Source: the human T2T-CHM13v2.0 reference genome, Homo sapiens
NCBI RefSeq assembly: GCF_009914755.1
Contig: NC_060930.1
Strand: one strand, 5' to 3'
DNA: 64,000 nt
Both the position numbers and the translations under genes were made by a program. The notes under the pieces were generated by a model, which worked only from the letters and a program-made list of their open reading frames with translations, made no database searches and was not told the DNA's origin. Below are positions 13,567 through 26,100 of this stretch, in pieces; positions within the stretch are counted from its first letter, which is position 1; the number at the start of each line of letters is the position of its first letter.

Positions 13567-14329
13567 TCCAGGGAGGACCAGCCTGGTGGAGGCACACCCT
13601 GCAAGGCCACTCTTCCCTCATAGCTAAAGCCCCAGGTGGCCTGCACACTGCATGTGTGGTCACGCACTGGGAGTCCTGGTCACAGTGTGGCCCACCTCGT
13701 GGATGCTTCCAGTGCACCTGTGGAGCAGGGACAGTACCCATGGCAGGGCTGGACGGCCTGGGCCTTCTTTGTGGAGCACCATGGACTATCACGATACCTT
13801 TAAAAAATCACATGAGTTTGTATGTAATCAGGCCTTCTAGTAGAGACAAACAGGACAAGGTGTCATGGACTGGGAAGTTATGGAAATTTTAAAGTACGAA
13901 AAGTGTGTGTGAGTGAAGTTTGTGGAGAATGGGGAGAAGCTCACAAGTCCGAGAAGTGCTGCTCCATGCCTCAACCAGGGCCCTAGAGGGATGGGCTTGG
14001 TCATGGGCGCCATGGCCTGCATGGGTCCAGGGGGCCCCAGGGAAGAGGAGTGGTTGGGCTGCTCAAGTCTTTGTTTGCAGAGTCCGACCTCTCACCACCA
14101 ATACCAGATTATCCTGGGGTAGGGTTTAACACGCAGATCTGTGACTCCACTCCTGAGCCGGGTTCTCTGGGGATGCAACCCTTAAATTTGCGTTTTTTAA
14201 TGACCCTCCCTCTGATTTAAGTACGGGGATACTGCTGACCTGGTGCTGCCTTGCCACCCTTTACATGCTGTGTCATTTGGGTTAAGACATTTGACAACTT
14301 ACTAATCTTCTGACTATGTGTTCCCACAG

Positions 14330-14422
14330 GGAGGTGGGGAAGACAGGGCTCCAGCTACCACAGGACGGGCTCTGGGTATAGCCGTTCCAGTCAGGGACAG
14401 CCGTGGAGAGACCAGGGACCAG
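14330..14422 (+). CDS. FAM120B: FAM120B internal coding exon (93 nt, phase 1/1): (G)RWGRQGSSYHRTGSGYSRSSQGQPWRDQGP(G)
   Basis: Branch-point-like tactaat near 14300, acceptor ttcccacag| and donor CAG|gtaaga. Open in the frame set by the previous exon. Confidence 0.9.
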
Positions 14423-17139
14423 GTAAGAAGGCCAGTGGTCACTCTGCTGGGCCACCTGCATGGCACTGCCTCTCACCTTGTGCTTTTGCTGATAACTGCC
14501 TTCCTCTGTTTCAGAAAGGTTGTATAGTTCCAGTAAATAAACAGATAAATATACCAATGCATCTAATTTTTATCATTTAGTGAAATAAAGACAAATAATT
14601 TCCATGGTTGATGCTAGCCCTGTCTGCATCTGGCCACTTTATTCATTTTCTATCAGTTCATTCTGCTCAAGATCCAGTTTTTGTAATTTACTTGCTAGAA
14701 CGTACTTGTAAAGTTTACATGTGGAAGATCCATTGTTCTCATGAAAAAAGGACAGGTTATAGTGTTTCACCAATAGCTGCATTCAGGTAATAGGATTCTG
14801 ATATTTTCCGTGACTTGGATTACAGTGTGAGGTAGGAAATAGCCCCAACCCTTTGTTTTTTACATATGTTGTACAGATGCTGTTTTAATGCATGTATCGT
14901 GCTGAATTTAAATACATCGAGAACTTCACATCAGTATTTGAGCTCAAATTCCGTATAGTTTTGAGAGCCAAACTTTATAAACTTTGAAATTACCTAATAT
15001 TTATCATTTAATCCCTTAAAATCCAAATCAGCCTTTGATTTATGATATCTGTGACTTTCACAACGTCTAAAATGTGTAGAGACTTCGCAAGCTGCTCAAA
15101 TTATTCCCTAAAACACAGCAAGTCTTCAGTGTGAATCCAGTTGACCTTTGGGGTCTGTCTCGGGTGGAGTCTGCATGGAGGCTGCGGGGCCGCACATCTG
15201 TTGAGTACCGTGTCCTTTCCTCTTGGGTCTGTACAGTCAGCAAACATTGCGAGTCCACTGTATTGCTGACTGTAGATGAGAATTGATGGTGAATGTTTTT
15301 GAAATGCCCATCCTTGAGAGAGAGCTCCATGAATTTAATGCCCATCTTTGAGAGAGCTCCAGGAATTTAGATTTACATTTGCTTGAGATGTTTCCTTGAA
15401 TGAGCTTAACCTGCAGAAACTCAACCCCACCGAGTCGTGCAGTCACTGTCATGTGGAGCTTCCAGATGGCCCCACTGAACACGTGCAGTCCATCCTTTCA
15501 TGGTCTCTACTACAGTGTAAACATAAGGGTCACTTCCACTTCGTCACTAACTAAATCATCCGAGTATTTATACCAGTGCAGGGCAACTGAGATCTGGGCA
15601 AAAGACCTTCCATTTGTGCAAGGATATTTGAGATTGCTTTTAACTTAGAAGGTGCTGCAGTTGATTGGAGTAAACCACAAACAGGGAACCCAAAAACAAT
15701 GGGAGGGGTTTTGTAAACTTACGTAGACTCAGACTGAAGCCTGGTGCTTTGGGCCATTGCCGCTGCCCTAGGCGACTCTGGCCTTGGGGTGCAGTCCTGT
15801 GTGATGCATGTGCTGTGGCTTTCCAGTTAGCTTCTCCACCCTGGTTAAGAGTCTGCTTTCAGGTCAGAGACTGCAGCCCTGAGGTCGTGTGTGTGTAGAG
15901 AGCTCAATGCCTGTCCTGGGGGCTCCCCGTGGGCTGGGGGCCTACAGCACTGACTTGGCGGATCTGTCTGCAGCTGGCCGTGCACATTAGGGCTGCTTGG
16001 GAAGAGTGCAGGGTCTGGGCTTCTGAGTCTTTGGGATGAGAGGCCTTCCTCACATGAGCCATGGTGAGGGTGCTCCCAAGAGGAAGGTGAGCGTGTGCAG
16101 AGCACTTAGGTCCAAATGGGTGGGTAGAGCTTATGTTCCCCCTCCATCCCTCCCTCACTCTCTCTGCTGCTTGAAATAGCAAATCTGAGATCTCCTTGAC
16201 AAGGTGATATTTAAGCAAAGGCCTGATGAGAGGGTGGGAGCTGATGCCAGATGCCTGTGGGCCAGATTTGGGGGCAGAGGGGCCAGTCGGAGCTGTCACG
16301 AGGTCAGGTGGGCTAGACTTGGAGGGCCCTGCAGCTCTGTGTGAATCTGGAGTCCACCCCGACCGAGAAGCTTGACCCAGGTGATTGCAGCAGGTGGTGA
16401 GACCTCATTGACCACATCCCGCAGAAATGCTCAAGGTCTGCAGACCGACCACATCCAGCTGATGATGGCACACAGCTTGGTCTAGATCTAGGGTTTAGTA
16501 ATGTCGGAAATATTGGTGTTGACTGATGTGGAGTAAAGCTACTGGGTGAAGCGGGCATCCCAGCCTCATCCATCCACACCTTCCCACCCTGGAGATCCGT
16601 GACCAGCCTGGCCGTAAATGCCAGGCCAACCTTGATGACATGAAAGCTGTTGGCCCCTCTAGGTGAGGATTCAGCAGAACCCACCTGACCCAGTAAGGCA
16701 GGCTGGCAGGGGAGGGAAGAGCCACAGCCTCTCTTTCGGGCAGACTGACTGGGCAGGGCGTGCTGTCATGTCCCCTACTCCTAGCCTCGTGGTAAGAAAG
16801 GAGACCTTCTGCTTACCCTCTTTGGTTGGGGTTGCCCCCTTTCTTCCCCCTGGGCCTCAGGAAGGTGGAGAGGGGATAGTCAAGAGAGTCCACAGTCCAG
16901 ATGGGAGGATGGGAAAGAGGCTACGGGTTCTGCAGACAGGTGTGCCTGCCTGTCACAGAGGAAACTGTAAAGAGTGTGCCATCAGGCCTCCCACTGATGG
17001 GACTCATCGCCACAGGCAACGCACTGAAACCTTTCCATCAGGCATCTGGCCTGGATAACCTTGAGTGTCCTTTCTAGCTCTGGAATTCTGTGACTTTCTA
17101 TTCTATCTATTGAATGGTGGGTGAGACATTAGTAAAGTG

Positions 17140-20100
17140 TAACTCTTAGGAGTCAATAAGGAAGGTAGAACTATGTCATAACTCTTAGGAGTGAGTGGGA
17201 AAGGTAGAACTATGTCATAACTCTTAGGAGTGAGTGGGGAAGGTAGAACTATGTCATAACTCTTAGGAGTGAGTGAGAAAGGTAGAACTATGTCATAAGC
17301 CTTAGGAGTGAGTGGGGAAGGTAGAACTATGTCATAACTCTTAGGAGTGAGTGGGGAAGGTAGAACTATGTCATAACTCTTAGGAGTGAGTGAGAAAGGT
17401 AGAACTATGTCATAAGCCTTAGGAGTGAGTGGGGAAGGTAGAACTATGTCTTAACTCTTAGGAGTGAGTGGGAAAGGTAGAACTATGTCATAACTCTTAG
17501 GAGTGAGTGGGGAAGGTAGAACTATGTCATAACTCTTAGGAGTGAGTGAGAAAGGTAGAACTACGTCATAAGCCTTAGGAGTGAGTTGGGAAGGTAGAAC
17601 TATGTCATAACTCTTAGGAGTGAGTGGGGAAGGTAGAACTATGTCATAACTCTTAGAAGTGAGTGGGAAAGGTAGAACTATGTCATAACTTAGGAGTGAG
17701 TGGGAAAGGTAGAACTATGTCATAACCCTTAGGAGTGAGTGGGAAAGGTAGAACTATGTCATAACTCTTAGGAGTGAGTGGGAAAGGTAGAACTATGTCA
17801 TAACTCTTAGGAGTGAGTGGGAAAGGTAGAACTATGTCATAACTCTTAGGAGTGAGTGGGGAAGGTAGAACTATGTCATAACTCTTAGGAGTGAGTGGGG
17901 AAGGTAGAACTATGTCATAACTCTTAGGAGTGAGTGAGAAAGGTAGAACTATGTCATAACTTAGGAGTGAGTGGGGAAGGTAGAACTATGTCATAACTCT
18001 TAGAAGTGAGTGGGAAAGGTAGAACTATGTCATAACTTAGGAGTGAGTGGGAAAGGTAGAACTATGTCATAACCCTTAGGAGTGAGTGAGAAAGGTAGAA
18101 CTATGTCATAACTCTTAGGAGTGAGTGGGAAAGGTAGAACTATGTCATAACTCTTAGGAGTGAGTGGGAAAGGTAGAACTATGTCATAACTCTTAGGAGT
18201 GAGTGGGGAAGGTAGAACTATGTCATAACTCTTAGGAGTGAGTGGGGAAGGTAGAACTATGTCATAACTCTTAGGAGTGAGTGAGAAAGGTAGAACTATG
18301 TCATAACTTAGGAGTGAGTGGGGAAGGTAGAACTATGTCATAACTCTTAGAAGTGAGTGGGAAAGGTAGAACTATGTCATAACTCTTAGGAGTGAGTGAG
18401 AAAGGTAGAACTATGTCATAACTCTTAGTAGTGAGTGGGGAAGGTAGAACTATGTCATAACTCTTAGGAGTCAGTGAGAAAGGTAGAACTATGTCATAAC
18501 CCTTAGGAGTGAGTGGGGAAGGTAGAACTATGTCATAACTCTTAGGAGTGAGTGAGAAAGGTAGAACTATGTCATAACTCTTAGGAGTGAGTGGGGAAGG
18601 TAGAACTATGTCATAACTCTTAGGAGTGAGTGAGAAAGGTAGAACTATGTCATAACCCTTAGGAGTGAGTGAGAAAGGTAGAACTATGTCATAACTCTTA
18701 GGAGTGAGTGGGGAAGGTAGAACTATGTCATAACTCTTAGGAGTGAGTGAGAAAGGTAGAACTATGTCATAACCCTTAGGAGTGAGTGGGGAAGGTAGAA
18801 CTATGTCATAACTCTTAGGAGTGAGTGGGGAAGGTAGAACTATGTCATAACTTAGGAGTGAGTGGGAAAGGTAGAACTATGTCATAACTCTTAGGAGTGA
18901 GTGAGAAAGGTAGAACTATGTCATAACTCTTAGGAGTGAGTGGGGAAGGTAGAACTATGTCATAACTCTTAGGAGTGAGTGAGAAAGGTAGAACTATGTC
19001 ATAACTCTTAGGAGTGAGTGGGGAAGGTAGAACTATGTCATAACCCTTAGGAGTGAGTGAGAAAGGTAGAACTATGTCATAACCCTTAGGAGTGAGTGAG
19101 GAAGGTAGAACTATGTCATAAGCCTTAGGAGTGAGTGGGGAAGGTAGAACTATGTCATAACTTAGGAGTGAGTGGGGAAGGTAGAACTATGTCATAACTC
19201 TTAGAAGTGAGTGGGAAAGGTAGAACTATGTCATAACTCTTAGGAGTGAGTGAGGAAGGTAGAACTATGTCATAACCCTTAGGAGTGAGTGAGGAAGGTA
19301 GAACTATGTCATAACCCTTAGGAGTGAGTGGGGAAGGTAGAACTATGTCATAACTCTTAGGAGTGAGTGGGGAAGGTAGAACTATGTCATAACTCTTAGG
19401 AGTGAGTGGGGAAGGTAGAACTATGTCATAAGCCTTAGGAGTGAGTGAGAAAGGTAGAACTATGTCATAACCCTTAGGAGTGAGTGGGGAAGGTAGAACT
19501 ATGTCATAACCCTTAGGAGTGAGTGAGGAAGGTAGAACTATGTCATAACCCTTAGGAGTGAGTGGGGAAGGTAGAACTATGTCATAACTCTTAGGAGTGA
19601 GTGGGGAAGGTAGAACTATGTCATAAGCCTTAGGAGTGAGTGGGGAAGGTAGAACTATGTCTTAACTCTTAGGAGTGAGTGGGAAAGGTAGAACTATGTC
19701 ATAACTCTTAGGAGTGAGTGGGGAAGGTAGAACTATGTCATAACTCTTAGGAGTGAGTGGGGAAGGTAGAACTATGTCATAACTCTTAGGAGTGAGTGAG
19801 AAAGGTAGAACTACGTCATAAGCCTTAGGAGTGAGTTGGGAAGGTAGAACTATGTCATAACTCTTAGGAGTGAGTGGGGAAGGTAGAACTATGTCATAAC
19901 TCTTAGGAGTGAGTGAGAAAGGTAGAACTATGTCATAACTTAGGAGTGAGTGGGGAAGGTAGAACTATGTCATAACTCTTAGAAGTGAGTGGGAAAGGTA
20001 GAACTATGTCATAACTCTTAGGAGTGAGTGAGAAAGGTAGAACTATGTCATAACTCTTAGTAGTGAGTGGGGAAGGTAGAACTATGTCATAACTCTTAGG

Positions 20101-23100
20101 AGTGAGTGAGAAAGGTAGAACTATGTCATAACCCTTAGGAGTGAGTGGGGAAGGTAGAACTATGTCATAACTCTTAGGAGTGAGTGAGAAAGGTAGAACT
20201 ATGTCATAACTCTTAGGAGTGAGTGGGGAAGGTAGAACTATGTCATAACTCTTAGGAGTGAGTGAGAAAGGTAGAACTATGTCATAACCCTTAGGAGTGA
20301 GTGAGAAAGGTAGAACTATGTCATAACTCTTAGGAGTGAGTGGGGAAGGTAGAACTATGTCATAACTCTTAGGAGTGAGTGAGAAAGGTAGAACTATGTC
20401 ATAACCCTTAGGAGTGAGTGGGGAAGGTAGAACTATGTCATAACTCTTAGGAGTGAGTGGGGAAGGTAGAACTATGTCATAACTTAGGAGTGAGTGGGAA
20501 AGGTAGAACTATGTCATAACTCTTAGGAGTGAGTGAGAAAGGTAGAACTATGTCATAACTCTTAGGAGTGAGTGGGGAAGGTAGAACTATGTCATAACTC
20601 TTAGGAGTGAGTGAGAAAGGTAGAACTATGTCATAACTCTTAGGAGTGAGTGGGGAAGGTAGAACTATGTCATAACCCTTAGGAGTGAGTGAGAAAGGTA
20701 GAACTATGTCATAACCCTTAGGAGTGAGTGAGGAAGGTAGAACTATGTCATAAGCCTTAGGAGTGAGTGGGGAAGGTAGAACTATGTCATAACTTAGGAG
20801 TGAGTGGGGAAGGTAGAACTATGTCATAACTCTTAGAAGTGAGTGGGAAAGGTAGAACTATGTCATAACTCTTAGGAGTGAGTGAGGAAGGTAGAACTAT
20901 GTCATAACCCTTAGGAGTGAGTGAGGAAGGTAGAACTATGTCATAACCCTTAGGAGTGAGTGGGGAAGGTAGAACTATGTCATAACTCTTAGGAGTGAGT
21001 GGGGAAGGTAGAACTATGTCATAACTCTTAGGAGTGAGTGGGGAAGGTAGAACTATGTCATAAGCCTTAGGAGTGAGTGAGAAAGGTAGAACTATGTCAT
21101 AACCCTTAGGAGTGAGTGGGGAAGGTAGAACTATGTCATAACCCTTAGGAGTGAGTGAGGAAGGTAGAACTATGTCATAACCCTTAGGAGTGAGTGGGGA
21201 AGGTAGAACTATGTCATAACTCTTAGGAGTGAGTGGGGAAGGTAGAACTATGTCATAAGCCTTAGGAGTGAGTGGGGAAGGTAGAACTATGTCTTAACTC
21301 TTAGGAGTGAGTGGGAAAGGTAGAACTATGTCATAACTCTTAGGAGTGAGTGGGGAAGGTAGAACTATGTCATAACTCTTAGGAGTGAGTGGGGAAGGTA
21401 GAACTATGTCATAACTCTTAGGAGTGAGTGAGAAAGGTAGAACTACGTCATAAGCCTTAGGAGTGAGTTGGGAAGGTAGAACTATGTCATAACTCTTAGG
21501 AGTGAGTGGGGAAGGTAGAACTATGTCATAACTCTTAGAAGTGAGTGGGAAAGGTAGAACTATGTCATAACTTAGGAGTGAGTGGGAAAGGTAGAACTAT
21601 GTCATAACCCTTAGGAGTGAGTGAGAAAGGTAGAACTATGTCATAACTCTTAGGAGTGAGTGGGAAAGGTAGAACTATGTCATAACTCTTAGGAGTGAGT
21701 GGGAAAGGTAGAACTATGTCATAACTCTTAGGAGTGAGTGGGGAAGGTAGAACTATGTCATAACTCTTAGGAGTGAGTGAGGAAGGTAGAACTATGTCAT
21801 AACCCTTAGGAGTGAGTGAGGAAGGTAGAACTATGTCATAACCCTTAGGAGTGAGTGAGGAAGGTAGAACTATGTCATAACCCTTAGGAGTGAGTGGGGA
21901 AGGTAGAACTATGTCATAACTCTTAGGAGTGAGTGGGAAAGGTAGAACTATGTCATAACTCTTAGGAGTGAGTGGGAAAGGTAGAACTATGTCATAACTC
22001 TTAGAAGTGAGTGGGAAAGGTAGAACTATGTCATAACTCTTAGGAGTGAGTGAGGAAGGTAGAACTATGTCATAACCCTTAGGAGTGAGTGAGGAAGGTA
22101 GAACTATGTCATAACCCTTAGGAGTGAGTGGGGAAGGTAGAACTATGTCATAACTCTTAGGAGTGAGTGGGGAAGGTAGAACTATGTCATAACTCTTAGG
22201 AGTGAGTGGGGAAGGTAGAACTATGTCATAAGCCTTAGGAGTGAGTGAGAAAGGTAGAACTATGTCATAACCCTTAGGAGTGAGTGGGGAAGGTAGAACT
22301 ATGTCATAACCCTTAGGAGTGAGTGAGGAAGGTAGAACTATGTCATAACCCTTAGGAGTGAGTGGGGAAGGTAGAACTATGTCATAACTCTTAGGAGTGA
22401 GTGGGGAAGGTAGAACTATGTCATAAGCCTTAGGAGTGAGTGGGGAAGGTAGAACTATGTCTTAACTCTTAGGAGTGAGTGGGAAAGGTAGAACTATGTC
22501 ATAACTCTTAGGAGTGAGTGGGGAAGGTAGAACTATGTCATAACTCTTAGGAGTGAGTGGGGAAGGTAGAACTATGTCATAACTCTTAGGAGTGAGTGAG
22601 AAAGGTAGAACTACGTCATAAGCCTTAGGAGTGAGTTGGGAAGGTAGAACTATGTCATAACTCTTAGGAGTGAGTGGGGAAGGTAGAACTATGTCATAAC
22701 TCTTAGAAGTGAGTGGGAAAGGTAGAACTATGTCATAACTTAGGAGTGAGTGGGAAAGGTAGAACTATGTCATAACCCTTAGGAGTGAGTGAGAAAGGTA
22801 GAACTATGTCATAACTCTTAGGAGTGAGTGGGAAAGGTAGAACTATGTCATAACTCTTAGGAGTGAGTGGGAAAGGTAGAACTATGTCATAACTCTTAGG
22901 AGTGAGTGGGGAAGGTAGAACTATGTCATAACTCTTAGGAGTGAGTGGGGAAGGTAGAACTATGTCATAACTCTTAGGAGTGAGTGAGAAAGGTAGAACT
23001 ATGTCATAACTTAGGAGTGAGTGGGGAAGGTAGAACTATGTCATAACTCTTAGAAGTGAGTGGGAAAGGTAGAACTATGTCATAACTTAGGAGTGAGTGG

Positions 23101-26100
23101 AAAAGGTAGAACTATGTCATAACCCTTAGGAGTGAGTGAGAAAGGTAGAACTATGTCATAACTCTTAGGAGTGAGTGGGAAAGGTAGAACTATGTCATAA
23201 CTCTTAGGAGTGAGTGGGAAAGGTAGAACTATGTCATAACTCTTAGGAGTGAGTGGGGAAGGTAGAACTATGTCATAACTCTTAGGAGTGAGTGGGGAAG
23301 GTAGAACTATGTCATAACTCTTAGGAGTGAGTGAGAAAGGTAGAACTATGTCATAACTTAGGAGTGAGTGGGGAAGGTAGAACTATGTCATAACTCTTAG
23401 AAGTGAGTGGGAAAGGTAGAACTATGTCATAACTCTTAGGAGTGAGTGAGAAAGGTAGAACTATGTCATAACTCTTAGTAGTGAGTGGGGAAGGTAGAAC
23501 TATGTCATAACTCTTAGGAGTGAGTGAGAAAGGTAGAACTATGTCATAACCCTTAGGAGTGAGTGGGGAAGGTAGAACTATGTCATAACTCTTAGGAGTG
23601 AGTGAGAAAGGTAGAACTATGTCATAACTCTTAGGAGTGAGTGGGGAAGGTAGAACTATGTCATAACTCTTAGGAGTGAGTGAGAAAGGTAGAACTATGT
23701 CATAACCCTTAGGAGTGAGTGGGGAAGGTAGAACTATGTCATAACTCTTAGGAGTGAGTGGGGAAGGTAGAACTATGTCATAACTTAGGAGTGAGTGGGA
23801 AAGGTAGAACTATGTCATAACTCTTAGGAGTGAGTGAGAAAGGTAGAACTATGTCATAACTCTTAGGAGTGAGTGGGGAAGGTAGAACTATGTCATAACT
23901 CTTAGGAGTGAGTGAGAAAGGTAGAACTATGTCATAACTCTTAGGAGTGAGTGGGGAAGGTAGAACTATGTCATAACTCTTAGAAGTGAGTGGGAAAGGT
24001 AGAACTATGTCATAACTCTTAGGAGTGAGTGGGGAAGGTAGAACTATGTCATAACCCTTAGGAGTGAGTGAGAAAGGTAGAACTATGTCATAACCCTTAG
24101 GAGTGAGTGAGGAAGGTAGAACTATGTCATAAGCCTTAGGAGTGAGTGGGGAAGGTAGAACTATGTCATAACTTAGGAGTGAGTGGGGAAGGTAGAACTA
24201 TGTCATAACTCTTAGAAGTGAGTGGGAAAGGTAGAACTATGTCATAACTCTTAGGAGTGAGTGAGGAAGGTAGAACTATGTCATAACCCTTAGGAGTGAG
24301 TGAGGAAGGTAGAACTATGTCATAACCCTTAGGAGTGAGTGGGGAAGGTAGAACTATGTCATAACTCTTAGGAGTGAGTGGGGAAGGTAGAACTATGTCA
24401 TAACTCTTAGGAGTGAGTGGGGAAGGTAGAACTATGTCATAAGCCTTAGGAGTGAGTGAGAAAGGTAGAACTATGTCATAACCCTTAGGAGTGAGTGGGG
24501 AAGGTAGAACTATGTCATAACCCTTAGGAGTGAGTGAGGAAGGTAGAACTATGTCATAACCCTTATGAGTGAGTGGGGAAGGTAAAACTATGTCATAACT
24601 CTTAGGAGTGAGTGGGGAAGGTAGAACTATGTCATAAGCCTTAGGAGTGAGTGGGGAAGGTAGAACTATGTCTTAACTCTTAGGAGTGAGTGGGAAAGGT
24701 AGAACTATGTCATAACTCTTAGGAGTGAGTGGGGAAGGTAGAACTATGTCATAACTCTTAGGAGTGAGTGGGGAAGGTAGAACTATGTCATAACTCTTAG
24801 GAGTGAGTGAGAAAGGTAGAACTACGTCATAAGCCTTAGGAGTGAGTTGGGAAGGTAGAACTATGTCATAACTCTTAGGAGTGAGTGGGGAAGGTAGAAC
24901 TATGTCATAACTCTTAGAAGTGAGTGGGAAAGGTAGAACTATGTCATAACTTAGGAGTGAGTGGGAAAGGTAGAACTATGTCATAACCCTTAGGAGTGAG
25001 TGAGAAAGGTAGAACTATGTCATAACTCTTAGGAGTGAGTGGGAAAGGTAGAACTATGTCATAACTCTTAGGAGTGAGTGGGAAAGGTAGAACTATGTCA
25101 TAACTCTTAGGAGTGAGTGGGGAAGGTAGAACTATGTCATAACTCTTAGGAGTGAGTGAGGAAGGTAGAACTATGTCATAACCCTTAGGAGTGAGTGAGG
25201 AAGGTAGAACTATGTCATAACCCTTAGGAGTGAGTGGGGAAGGTAGAACTATGTCATAACTCTTAGGAGTGAGTGGGAAAGGTAGAACTATGTCATAACT
25301 CTTAGGAGTGAGTGGGAAAGGTAGAACTATGTCATAACTCTTAGAAGTGAGTGGGAAAGGTAGAACTATGTCATAACTCTTAGGAGTGAGTGGGAAAGGT
25401 AGAACTATGTCATAACCCTTAGGAGTGAGTGAGGAAGGTAGAACTATGTCATAACCCTTAGGAGTGAGTGGGGAAGGTAGAACTATGTCATAACTCTTAG
25501 GAGTGAGTGGGGAAGGTAGAACTATGTCATAACTCTTAGGAGTGAGTGGGGAAGGTAGAACTATGTCATAAGCCTTAGGAGTGAGTGAGAAAGGTAGAAC
25601 TATGTCATAACCCTTAGGAGTGAGTGGGGAAGGTAGAACTATGTCATAACCCTTAGGAGTGAGTGAGGAAGGTAGAACTATGTCATAACCCTTAGGAGTG
25701 AGTGGGGAAGGTAGAACTATGTCATAACTCTTAGGAGTGAGTGGGGAAGGTAGAACTATGTCATAAGCCTTAGGAGTGAGTGGGGAAGGTAGAACTATGT
25801 CTTAACTCTTAGGAGTGAGTGGGAAAGGTAGAACTATGTCATAACTCTTAGGAGTGAGTGGGGAAGGTAGAACTATGTCATAACTCTTAGGAGTGAGTGG
25901 GGAAGGTAGAACTATGTCATAACTCTTAGGAGTGAGTGAGAAAGGTAGAACTACGTCATAAGCCTTAGGAGTGAGTTGGGAAGGTAGAACTATGTCATAA
26001 CTCTTAGGAGTGAGTGGGGAAGGTAGAACTATGTCATAACTCTTAGAAGTGAGTGGGAAAGGTAGAACTATGTCATAACTTAGGAGTGAGTGGGAAAGGT

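Noticed and set aside
12876-13892. Long ORFs (158-263 aa) in six frames
   Set aside because: They result from a stop-free GC-rich 38-bp repeat. The peptides are frame-cycled copies with no splice or family support.
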